Of a stretch of DNA of 64,000 nucleotides, positions 32,212 through 40,477 are shown one piece after another. Below the pieces are notes generated by a model. It saw only the letters and a list, made by a program, of their open reading frames with translations. It was not told the origin of the DNA and did not search any database. The position numbers and the translations under genes were made by a program. How positions within the stretch are numbered: the first letter of the stretch is position 1; every line of letters starts with the position of its first letter. The stretch lies in the NCBI GenBank assembly GCA_963976765.1, contig CAXBME010000017.1, positions 1 to 64,000 on the forward strand, in the 5' to 3' direction. The DNA comes from an uncultured Planctomycetaceae bacterium. GTDB lineage: Bacteria; Planctomycetota; Planctomycetia; Planctomycetales; Planctomycetaceae.

Positions 32212-33538
32212 TCAGGTAGTAGTTCCCACTACTATCTTGAACTATCAAAGCCCCTGTTTTCCCAGCGGAAACGGGGGCTTTTTCGTTTTCGGGCTCTCGT
32301 TCAATAGCGCCATATCCCTCTGGAATGCAACCGCCGATGCAACCGCCAGATTGTTCCGAATCGGTCCGCGTCACTGTGACTGTCGTTGGGTCGCTGGCAG
32401 CCACGAACGATTCGTCCGTCGCCATCGCGTAGTGCCGCATTGCGACGGGGACAGAATTTCCGAGCCAGGCTGACACATCTTTTGCCGGGAACTTTGCCAT
32501 CAGTTCCGTTTCGCGGCTTGCCCGCAGGTTCTGGAACAGTCGCGGCCACGGTGTAACACCTGCTCGTGCAAGAATCTTCAAGAACGTCTCTCGAAGGTTT
32601 TGTCCTGGCTCGCGGTATCTGTTAATGACGAATTCTGCCCTTTCGGGAGCCGCATCCCATGCTTTTTCGAGATACGGGCGAAGCTCTGGAAAGATCGGAC
32701 AGACGCGGACGCCGCCGGTAGCGTGATGCTCAGTCTTGCTGGCATTGATCACGAGCCTCCCAGCAGGGAGGTCAACGTCGGTCCAACGAAGTGATACAAG
32801 TTCAGACGGGCATCGCAGTCCGCCAAATCGTGTCAAAGCGAGGATCGTCTGCCAGTCCCCGCAGGGGCAGTGCTCCATGCAGGACTCGATGACCTCGGCT
32901 TTGACGAAAAACTGTCGCCTCTCGTTTCCACGGGTCGTGCTGGGGAGCTTCCCAAACGGGTTGCTGTCGACATAGCCGCACTCCAGTGCTTCCTTGAAGA
33001 ACTGCTTAACAAGCCCCGTTCGCCGCCGAACAGTATCTTCCGCCATTGACGTCCGGTTCCGATCACGTCGGTTCCCCTTTGTTTTCACCCAGACTCGCCA
33101 CTTACGAGCGTCTTCAGATGTGACGTCACGGAGCAGCTTCTTCTTGCCAAAGTAGTCGACGAGGTTCGCCCGGGCTTTCTCGTAGGACTCCTTGGTTGTC
33201 GCCTTTACGTCAGACCGCGATGTGATGTACTCGTCGACCCATTGTGCCAACGTCAGCACACGTGACGCCCTTCTCGCGACGGACTCAACCAGCGAGCATC
33301 TTGCGAGCTTGTCCCTCAGCGAGTCATCAACCTTTTCGAGCCAGTCAGCTGTCGCGAGTTCGGGCGGTCGCCCCCGCTTTGCGGCAGCTACCAGATGCTC
33401 AACGTGCGCCTTCGTTTCCTGTGCCATGTATTCGGGTATGTCGCCAAGCCAGATGCTTCTGTTTCGCTTCTCTCCATCACGAAACTGAAGCCTCCAGCCT
33501 TTTCGACCTCGGTCATTTTCGAATCGGATACTTGCCAT
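32171..33538 (-). CDS. tyrosine recombinase/integrase
   Basis: N-terminal arm-binding-like domain, SAM-like domain, GGLRCPSEL, SKT, QNLR, WLGNS, RHY; 3' end overlaps the tRNA. Confidence 0.93.
   Translation of the reverse strand: MASIRFENDRGRKGWRLQFRDGEKRNRSIWLGDIPEYMAQETKAHVEHLVAAAKRGRPPELATADWLEKVDDSLRDKLARCSLVESVARRASRVLTLAQWVDEYITSRSDVKATTKESYEKARANLVDYFGKKKLLRDVTSEDARKWRVWVKTKGNRRDRNRTSMAEDTVRRRTGLVKQFFKEALECGYVDSNPFGKLPSTTRGNERRQFFVKAEVIESCMEHCPCGDWQTILALTRFGGLRCPSELVSLRWTDVDLPAGRLVINASKTEHHATGGVRVCPIFPELRPYLEKAWDAAPERAEFVINRYREPGQNLRETFLKILARAGVTPWPRLFQNLRASRETELMAKFPAKDVSAWLGNSVPVAMRHYAMATDESFVAASDPTTVTVTRTDSEQSGGCIGGCIPEGYGAIEREPENEKAPVSAGKTGALIVQDSSGNYYLMGDEGLEPPTSTV
32190..32212 (+). 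repeat. attL core
   Basis: GGTTCGAGCCCCTCATCGCCCAT; 22/23 identical to 56242-56264. Confidence 0.92.
32247..32283 (+). terminator. intrinsic terminator downstream of tRNA, supplied by the element
   Basis: AAAGCCCCTGTTT...AAACGGGGGCTTT stem plus T-run. Confidence 0.7.
32326..32347 (+). repeat. tandem arm-type repeat, left end
   Basis: TGCAACCGCC twice at 12-bp period; matches 56169-56190. Confidence 0.75.
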
Positions 33539-33879
33539 TCTGCCAACCTCTTTGCGAGCATGTACTGTGTCGTAGGGATTACAAGGGCTGCCACTCTTGT
33601 CCGAGCTGCTTTGTTCTGCCGGAGAAATCCTGTCTCCGACAAACTCTGTTTACTTTTCGATCTATTGGACTTGTCTTCGCCGGCGAACGCCTGTGCCCGT
33701 CAGATGCTGCGCCCGAGAACTCTTTGCCTCCGCTGGCATCATCAGTTAAGTCCGAAGAGTCCGTTTCCAATAGATTCCTGACGATTGAGACTGGTCGGGT
33801 ATCCGATTCAGCTTCCAGTGCAATCGATCCTCGCCTCTGGACAGTGAATGCGCCAACGTTCTTGACCGTCGTGATGTCA

Positions 33880-34164
33880 TCATCCAGCCGGACCGATCGC
33901 GCGTGACTTTCGAGCGAGATGACTGATGACTTCGTCGGGATCAAATAGAACTTTGCGCCCGGCACGAATTATCGGTAGCTCGTCGTTTTTCAACATCCTG
34001 TCCAGTTTCGGGACACTTACGCCGATGACTCCGGACAACTCATGCCGAGTAAGCAGGCGGCGACGATTTACCAGACGATCGGCCACTCTCACGGCAATCT
34101 GCTCCGCAAGCGTCTCCAGTTCGAGTGGAGTAAAGACGGGTACCTCGGATTGTGAGCCGCTCAT
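33880..34164 (-). CDS. excisionase-like HTH protein (start may be 34293)
   Basis: LLTRHELSGVIGVS...LPIIRAGRKVLFD, upstream of int. Confidence 0.8.
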   Translation of the reverse strand: MSGSQSEVPVFTPLELETLAEQIAVRVADRLVNRRRLLTRHELSGVIGVSVPKLDRMLKNDELPIIRAGRKVLFDPDEVISHLARKSRAIGPAG

Positions 34165-34417
34165 TCGATCGCCCCTCCCTGTAGCGGCCCGACCAACCAT
34201 CAGGGCGTTCACGATGTCGTCTGCATCAAACTGGATGGGACGGCGCTCATCGTGAGTACCGGACTTTCGGCCTGCTTCCGTATTTTTAGCCATCAAGAGT
34301 CTTCCGTTTCACTTGTCTCGGCGCGCTTGTCGGTCGCGAGTTGCAGATAAGAACTTGGATCGCGGACCAGTTGTTTCTTCAGATGGAGCTGCCCATTCAT
34401 TCCAGCTTTCCAGTCGG

Positions 34418-36541
34418 TCAGAGTCGGGCCAATTCCGGGTTCGCCATCCACAGCCGCAGCGACCTCAATGTTCCGTCTTTGTTCCAGCATGATGGGTGCT
34501 CGATATTGATGTCCGTCCGCGGGGCGAGTTTCGGGAAGTGCTCCTGGACTGTGCTCCGCATCACTTCCGCAACAACCTTTGACACTTGGGACAACTTCCC
34601 TAGCGGGGCCTCAAAAATGAATGAGTCGTGTAGCGGCATGATGAGCCGCGCTTCGTAGTGCTGCAGTCGCTTGTCGAGTCGATTACCGGCGTCTTTGAAG
34701 ACGTTGGCGGCAGAGCCTTGAACTGGCGTGTTGACCAGCCAGTTCCGTTCCTTCGTTGTGGTTCGCCCGGTCCGCTGTCGGTGCCGCTTGAGGCCAGTGT
34801 TCGTGTCCGCGTACCCGCGAATTGCACCCAACGCTGCGGCTTCCAGGAGTGCATCATTGAGCGTCGGAAACATTGACATGAACCGCTCATGTTCCTGCAT
34901 GGCTTCCTTGTGTGTGATACCCAACTGCAATGCGATGCCATGCGGAGACATGCCGTAAATGATCCCGAGCGTGAAGACCTTCATCTTGGCCCGCAGTTCA
35001 GAGTGCTTTTTCTTAAACTCGGAATCGCTCAGTCCTGCAGTGGAACCGTTGCGGTCTGTTTCATAGAAACGCTTCGCCATCGCGACGTACACGTCCCGGC
35101 CATTAAACATACGGATCAGATCGGGATCGTTGTAAACCGCAGCGGCGATCCCGATCTCGATCTGTACGAGGTCGACTTCACCGATTCCGTACCCCTCGTC
35201 TGGCACAACCAGGGGACGCAGGGCTTGGCCGATACCACCGATATTTGGATGCCGCATTGAGTTCCGACCGCTGGCCGCCTGCAGTTGCCTGTGCTCTGGA
35301 TGCAGCCTGCCGTCTTTCCCGATCAGAGAACCATTGAGAAGCTGGTCGGACAGAAGTCGCTGAACCTTTCTGACCAGACGGACCTTTCGAATTGATGGAT
35401 GACGATCCTCATAGGTTTCGAGGTGCTTGTCATCGAATGAATAGCTGTCACCGGACCGGAACAGTTCAAGCAGTCCATGCCGCTCCATGAGCGCTTTCAT
35501 CTGCGGGAAACTATTAACCTTGTGAAGCCCCTCGTCGGCCAGCTGAGCACCAAGCTCCGCAACGTGCCGTTGGCACGCTTCTCGAAGCTGTTCAATACGC
35601 TGTGGTGCGACTCGGACCCCATTCCAGTGCATCCTCGCATTTGTCACCGCCCAACTCATTTCGATGCTCTGCAGGTGCCTCAGCAGGCCACACTTTGCGG
35701 TTCGACGGACCTGGGGGAGGTAGAGTCCGGCTGCTGCAACCGCATCGGCAACGGCATATTCGATCTGATCAGGGCTGAATTCGGCGTTCTCGTCCATGTT
35801 GAGAAAGGAGGCCTGCAGCTCCGTCTTGACCCCGGCAAAGGGGTAGCGGATTCCATAGCGATCACATGTGCCGAGCAAGGACATTGGACCGTATGTTTCA
35901 CACAGGTCTTTATCGTCACCTTCGGTAGCCTGATTCTTTCTATCAAGGGTTCCCATCGTGCAGCCCAACTGAATGGCCTTCTCAGCCGCCCACGTATCCC
36001 ACAGTTCATTGGGTTCAGCAAGGCCGAGTTTCCAGAGACAGATCAGTTCGGCCTGCAGGAAGTGGCCGATAAATGGTACCGGCATCCGAAGGACATGTTG
36101 GACTGAGTCAAGGACTGCAGACTGTCTCAGGTCTACCGCGAAACGATAGACATCGTATTCAGTGTCACTCGACTCCCTCAGCTCCACCGCTGCCAATGTG
36201 AGCATCAAAGGCTCAACAGATCGTGGATCGCACCACTCAACATCTCGCCCGCTGGCCGTCCAAGTGTGGACACCCTCTTCAGAGTACCTGAACTCTGTAT
36301 CCATACCGACAAGCACGATCCTTCGCTGCTCCAGGAAATCAGCCATCCCACGCGCGCTGTTGCGATCGTTTACAAAGCGAACTCGGTTCAGGAACAGACT
36401 TCGGTCCTTCGGAAGAAATCGCGCTGCCGCCGAGGCAGCCTCGTCGCGTTTGATCTTGGCTCTATCCAACGTCGCCTCCCAAGCTGGAGACAACTGTAGA
36501 ATGCTGCTGGACTGCCCGATGTTTCTTATGTCGCTGTTCAT
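34418..36541 (-). CDS. family A DNA polymerase with 3'-5' exonuclease, no 5'-3' exonuclease
   Basis: Exo I DTE, Exo III YAVADA; SGR...PN, motif A DLVQIE, motif B RAKMKVFTLGIIYG, NTPVQGSAA, motif C LHDS. Confidence 0.92.
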   Translation of the reverse strand: MNSDIRNIGQSSSILQLSPAWEATLDRAKIKRDEAASAAARFLPKDRSLFLNRVRFVNDRNSARGMADFLEQRRIVLVGMDTEFRYSEEGVHTWTASGRDVEWCDPRSVEPLMLTLAAVELRESSDTEYDVYRFAVDLRQSAVLDSVQHVLRMPVPFIGHFLQAELICLWKLGLAEPNELWDTWAAEKAIQLGCTMGTLDRKNQATEGDDKDLCETYGPMSLLGTCDRYGIRYPFAGVKTELQASFLNMDENAEFSPDQIEYAVADAVAAAGLYLPQVRRTAKCGLLRHLQSIEMSWAVTNARMHWNGVRVAPQRIEQLREACQRHVAELGAQLADEGLHKVNSFPQMKALMERHGLLELFRSGDSYSFDDKHLETYEDRHPSIRKVRLVRKVQRLLSDQLLNGSLIGKDGRLHPEHRQLQAASGRNSMRHPNIGGIGQALRPLVVPDEGYGIGEVDLVQIEIGIAAAVYNDPDLIRMFNGRDVYVAMAKRFYETDRNGSTAGLSDSEFKKKHSELRAKMKVFTLGIIYGMSPHGIALQLGITHKEAMQEHERFMSMFPTLNDALLEAAALGAIRGYADTNTGLKRHRQRTGRTTTKERNWLVNTPVQGSAANVFKDAGNRLDKRLQHYEARLIMPLHDSFIFEAPLGKLSQVSKVVAEVMRSTVQEHFPKLAPRTDINIEHPSCWNKDGTLRSLRLWMANPELARL

Positions 36542-36593
36542 TTCTCTAATCCTTTACGTGGACACGAAACCTTTGAATGAATACTTACAGGGT

Positions 36594-38414
36594 TCATGTC
36601 CGCCGCCCGTTTGCGATGTATCTCCTGACCGTTCTCTCGCTTAAATCGAGCTTTTTTGCGATTTCCCGTGGCGTAACTCCCTTGTTGCGTAGTGCTTGGG
36701 CTCTTGCTTGCCGTTCTTCCAGCTGGCGACGACGACTGGTAGGAACGCCGAAATAGCCCCTCGCTTGCCCGAGACTGTCGAAGTTCCTGTCGAGCGTGAT
36801 CCCAGGGAGCTGGCCAGCGTGAAACGTGATCACTTCACGCGGACGTGTCATTGGTCGGACTCGACCGACGGCTTGAACAATGACATCGCCCTCAAGCTGG
36901 TCGAGTGATTCCTGCGCTATAAGGGGCAGTATGGATGTCTGGGCATCCGTTTCGACAACGGCAACCCTTCGATGCGGTCGCTTCGTTGCATTGATCTTGA
37001 TTTCGTATCGATCTGCCGACCGGTCGAGATCGTGAACAGTGTCCGTAAGCACGCGGTTGTTGATGTAGTACCCGGTAAGCGAGTAAGCCGCGTCGAAATG
37101 CTCGAACAGGTTGAGTCCCGAGATACCAAAGTGGATCAGTGGTACGGTGGTAGGGGCGTCGTAGCACGCTGCCTGCCAGTTCGACGTGATTACTCGGCAG
37201 TCCGTGCCGTATCCCCTGACTCGCGTCTCGATCTGCGAAGAGCAGTGATTGACGAATCGCTGCTTACAGATCAGCAGAGTGCGTAGTCCGTTCCTGATAT
37301 TGCGAGCGACCATCGCCGCGAAGAAGTCAAGAATCGCCGGCGAGTTTTTTCGGAAGTACTTTGCAGCGCCAGCGATGTTTCCGATGTTGAACCACGTGGT
37401 GCCGGGATGTCGGAACCGGTAGTGGCTCATCGGTGACCAGACTGGTCCTTGGGTGAACTCGGGGTCGAGGCGATAGCGGACTAACGTGGGCGCCATGCTC
37501 CCCGTAAAAATGATGAAGTTGTCCCCCAGGGAGGGCGTCGATGAAAACCTGATTGAACCGTCGGCAAGAGCTTCGCGGCTCGACTGCCGCGACCGACCGA
37601 ATTGATTCAGGATGTAACCTAGGAAACGGAATTGATCGCCATAAAGTTGCCAGCCAGCATGTTGAACCTGACGAGCCCACTGCCCTGTGAAACGGGGGCC
37701 ATTCCAGTCCCCTTGCAGGTCATTGCTGTCGGCGTGCTGCAGGAGCTCAAGGTACTGACTCCACCTTTCAGAGGTTCTTTCGGAAACGGTCTCAATCGCC
37801 TCGGTGAACTTAATCAGCTCATCTCGCGAGATGTTCCGTGACGTATTCTTGAGGAGGAGGTCTGACTCGTCCTGCAGGACCAGCGGTTTTTCGGCTCCGC
37901 TATAGCTGGCGATCCGGTCTACGAAGTTAGGATCAAGAACAGCATGCTGCTGGGTTGCAATCACTACCTCTACATTGCGCAGGTGGTCACCAAACTGCTC
38001 CGGCCAGAAACAGTCGGTACGATGTGCGCACGATTCACACAATTCCTGGCGGCCAAGGACGCCGCAATTTGATTTCTCATAGTCGAGCCATGCGGAATTC
38101 AAGTCGCCGCATCGGTCCTTCGGTCGCGGCCTGAGAACAACGCGGTCAACGCACTCGGGAAGTCTAGCAGTGAATTCATTGATGATGTCCCGCCGTGGGA
38201 ACAACACGATCACAAGATCGAAATGTCGGGTCTCTACGACGTGTTGAATGATTTTCACGAGCCATTCAGTCTTACCGACGCCGACCGGGAGCTGAATCAA
38301 CAGGCGCCCGTCTGCTTCAAGCAGCAGTTCATGTGCGTAGCGGCCAGTGAGGCCCCGACGAAAATTCGCCAGGGCCTCGTCGCCGCTCACGAGTGTGGGA
38401 GCGGCGTGGCTCAT
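36594..38414 (-). CDS. SF2 helicase-like ATPase with Cys cluster and C-terminal HTH
   Basis: Walker A LPVGVGKT, Walker B LQDESD, TGS, QAVGRVR; five Cys between motifs I and II; REIAKKLDLSERTVRRY. Confidence 0.75.
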   Translation of the reverse strand: MSHAAPTLVSGDEALANFRRGLTGRYAHELLLEADGRLLIQLPVGVGKTEWLVKIIQHVVETRHFDLVIVLFPRRDIINEFTARLPECVDRVVLRPRPKDRCGDLNSAWLDYEKSNCGVLGRQELCESCAHRTDCFWPEQFGDHLRNVEVVIATQQHAVLDPNFVDRIASYSGAEKPLVLQDESDLLLKNTSRNISRDELIKFTEAIETVSERTSERWSQYLELLQHADSNDLQGDWNGPRFTGQWARQVQHAGWQLYGDQFRFLGYILNQFGRSRQSSREALADGSIRFSSTPSLGDNFIIFTGSMAPTLVRYRLDPEFTQGPVWSPMSHYRFRHPGTTWFNIGNIAGAAKYFRKNSPAILDFFAAMVARNIRNGLRTLLICKQRFVNHCSSQIETRVRGYGTDCRVITSNWQAACYDAPTTVPLIHFGISGLNLFEHFDAAYSLTGYYINNRVLTDTVHDLDRSADRYEIKINATKRPHRRVAVVETDAQTSILPLIAQESLDQLEGDVIVQAVGRVRPMTRPREVITFHAGQLPGITLDRNFDSLGQARGYFGVPTSRRRQLEERQARAQALRNKGVTPREIAKKLDLSERTVRRYIANGRRT

Positions 38415-39112
38415 GATACCCCCCCCTTTGTCGATAGAATCCGTTCCACGTTGGGAATTGCGGCGAGGCTGTCGTTGCTTACAGTTTCAATAGTTGAGTC
38501 AATGCTGACTTCGCCACGTTTGAGACGCCCTATGAAATTCGTAATCGCGTCCGCGCCGTTTTTGGCCTCCGCTGGCAACTCATGCTGTTCAACTTGGAAG
38601 TCCGACTTTCCGGACCTGCTGATTTCCAGCAGAAACGGTGGATCATCAGCGTCGACGCGTTTTAACGCGGGGATCAATTGAGCACGCAGCGATTTAGGTC
38701 GCACATTGTCGGTGAATCCAAGAACTCCGACACTGCCCTCTTCGATGTCGTAAACGGGCAGCAAATGTCGGAGGGTCTTCTTGACCCCAATATGGCACAG
38801 CACACAAGCCTCGTCGTTGCACCGGATATAACCGCGGAGTCCTGTTGACCCGTTGGCTTCATCTGACGGGTAGTCAACGTAGTGAACGTCGACGGTCGAG
38901 AGGCTTAATGTGAACGGCACGACAAATCGCGAATCCTCACCGACGCGAACGGTGTGGAGCGATTCCGGTGCTTCGGTTTCGGTCTCAGACTGAAACAGCT
39001 CAAGTGCGTTTTGAAGTACCGGTGGTTCAGGTGTCGACGTTACAGCGCCCGTCTGGCGTTTCCGAGTTTTACGTGCCGCAGCAGTAGTGGTAGTATCCGA
39101 ATTATCGGACAT
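38411..39112 (-). CDS. putative Zn-binding ssDNA-binding protein (T4 gp32-like)
   Basis: GGAG RBS; VHYV...C-x4-C-x2-C, LPVYD...VGVL; coupled to the helicase by an ATGA overlap. Confidence 0.5.
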   Translation of the reverse strand: MSDNSDTTTTAAARKTRKRQTGAVTSTPEPPVLQNALELFQSETETEAPESLHTVRVGEDSRFVVPFTLSLSTVDVHYVDYPSDEANGSTGLRGYIRCNDEACVLCHIGVKKTLRHLLPVYDIEEGSVGVLGFTDNVRPKSLRAQLIPALKRVDADDPPFLLEISRSGKSDFQVEQHELPAEAKNGADAITNFIGRLKRGEVSIDSTIETVSNDSLAAIPNVERILSTKGGVS

Positions 39113-39317
39113 GGTTCTTCTCCAAAAACTATGTTTGAGAAAGGTGTCGCTCTTTGAGCGACGAATTCGCACGGAACCGCGGTGGTGCCTTCGCCGATCT
39201 ACCGCGGTTTCGTTCTTGTAGATGCGGGCGTGCTTCGGCCCAAAAGCGGGAATCAACACACACGCTCATTCATTGGAGGCGGACGTGGTTTTCGTACCCC
39301 TGCACACTGGAAAGTCA

Positions 39318-39509
39318 TCACACACCTCCCTGTTGATTGGAAGCGAGTGATTCTGTGCCGACTTGAGGGAGTCGCTGGCGTTCGGCGAACTCAGCGACTT
39401 TGAGCATGCGCTTAAGGACTTCAGCTTCGCGCAGTTTGCGACCAGGCTGGTCTCGCAGTTCCTGCGCACTGGGAAGCGTCGTAATGGGGTCAGTATTTCG
39501 TTCCGGCAT
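39318..39509 (-). CDS. small helical hypothetical protein
   Basis: GAGGAG RBS before ATG 39509. Confidence 0.55.
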   Translation of the reverse strand: MPERNTDPITTLPSAQELRDQPGRKLREAEVLKRMLKVAEFAERQRLPQVGTESLASNQQGGV

Positions 39510-39587
39510 CGGCTTCTCCTCAACTCGGCGTTTGACGACGAGGGAAAAGCTACTCTGTGCCGTGATCAAGAAATGATCAGAGGATGA

Positions 39588-40451
39588 TCATTTTGAGCCT
39601 GAGCTAGATTGCCGACTGGTACGTTTGACAGACATGAGGATTTCCTGGGCCGTCTTGTTGTTCTTCACACTGACTCGGAAGGGGAGCCCATTGTTTCGAA
39701 AGAACCGATTTGCGTGACCTCGAAGACTTCCTGCGGCTGTCTGGTCAGGATCGACATCATCGCCCCAGACATCTTCAGCAAGTAGAGACAGCGTCGCCCC
39801 CCGTGAGGTTCTTGCCCAGAGCGCCATGAGTAATCGCCACACCATTGGAGGCGAGACCTCGTACGTGACGCGTTCGAACAAGAAGCCTTGCGGGAGAACG
39901 GGCCCGTGCGGGTCAGAAGTGTCCTCATCCTTGTATGCCGGTCTGCCGTCTGGATGCGGTAGCTTGTCTAATTGGTCACGAATCCACGGGAGAAGACCCC
40001 AGTCGCAAAGACACTTCCAGTCGACCGCTTTCTCCTGCTGTATTCGGTCGATCGTCTCCGGAATGACAAGGACAGGTTCGCCTATCAGGAACAATCCGAC
40101 TTTGAGGCGGAGCATGCCGATCTCGTCCTCGTATAAAGGCAGGCCACCAGATGAGCGCGGCCCGACGAACCGCTCATCGAGGTTCTGATACTTCGCCAGC
40201 GCCAAACTGAGGATATCCACAGTTCGCCACATTCCGGCGAGCTTCTGGTCGATCCTCCATCGCTTGTAAGCCTGCTTGGACATGAATCCCGGTTCTGCAG
40301 ATTCACGAGCATAGATCATCGCCTTGAGAACGTCAGCGGCGGCGTAGCGAAACTCGCCCTTGTTGCTGGAAACCGGAAGCTGGTTTTCACTCTCGAATTG
40401 CCCCTCTGATTGGTCGAACGGGCCTTCCGGCAATCGGGATTCGTCTACCAT
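39588..40451 (-). CDS. hypothetical protein with C-terminal winged-helix-like domain
   Basis: AGGTGAG RBS; WRLLMALW...LAEDVWG...LRGHANRFF. Confidence 0.6.
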   Translation of the reverse strand: MVDESRLPEGPFDQSEGQFESENQLPVSSNKGEFRYAAADVLKAMIYARESAEPGFMSKQAYKRWRIDQKLAGMWRTVDILSLALAKYQNLDERFVGPRSSGGLPLYEDEIGMLRLKVGLFLIGEPVLVIPETIDRIQQEKAVDWKCLCDWGLLPWIRDQLDKLPHPDGRPAYKDEDTSDPHGPVLPQGFLFERVTYEVSPPMVWRLLMALWARTSRGATLSLLAEDVWGDDVDPDQTAAGSLRGHANRFFRNNGLPFRVSVKNNKTAQEILMSVKRTSRQSSSGSK

Positions 40452-40477
40452 GGCTCACCTGCTCGTGATGTCGTTTC

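Noticed and set aside
34418..36541. T7-like RNA polymerase (HDSF motif C)
   Set aside because: It has 3'-5' exonuclease motifs, the steric-gate Glu (QIE) and PolA-type NTPVQG; HDS also occurs in phage DNA polymerases.
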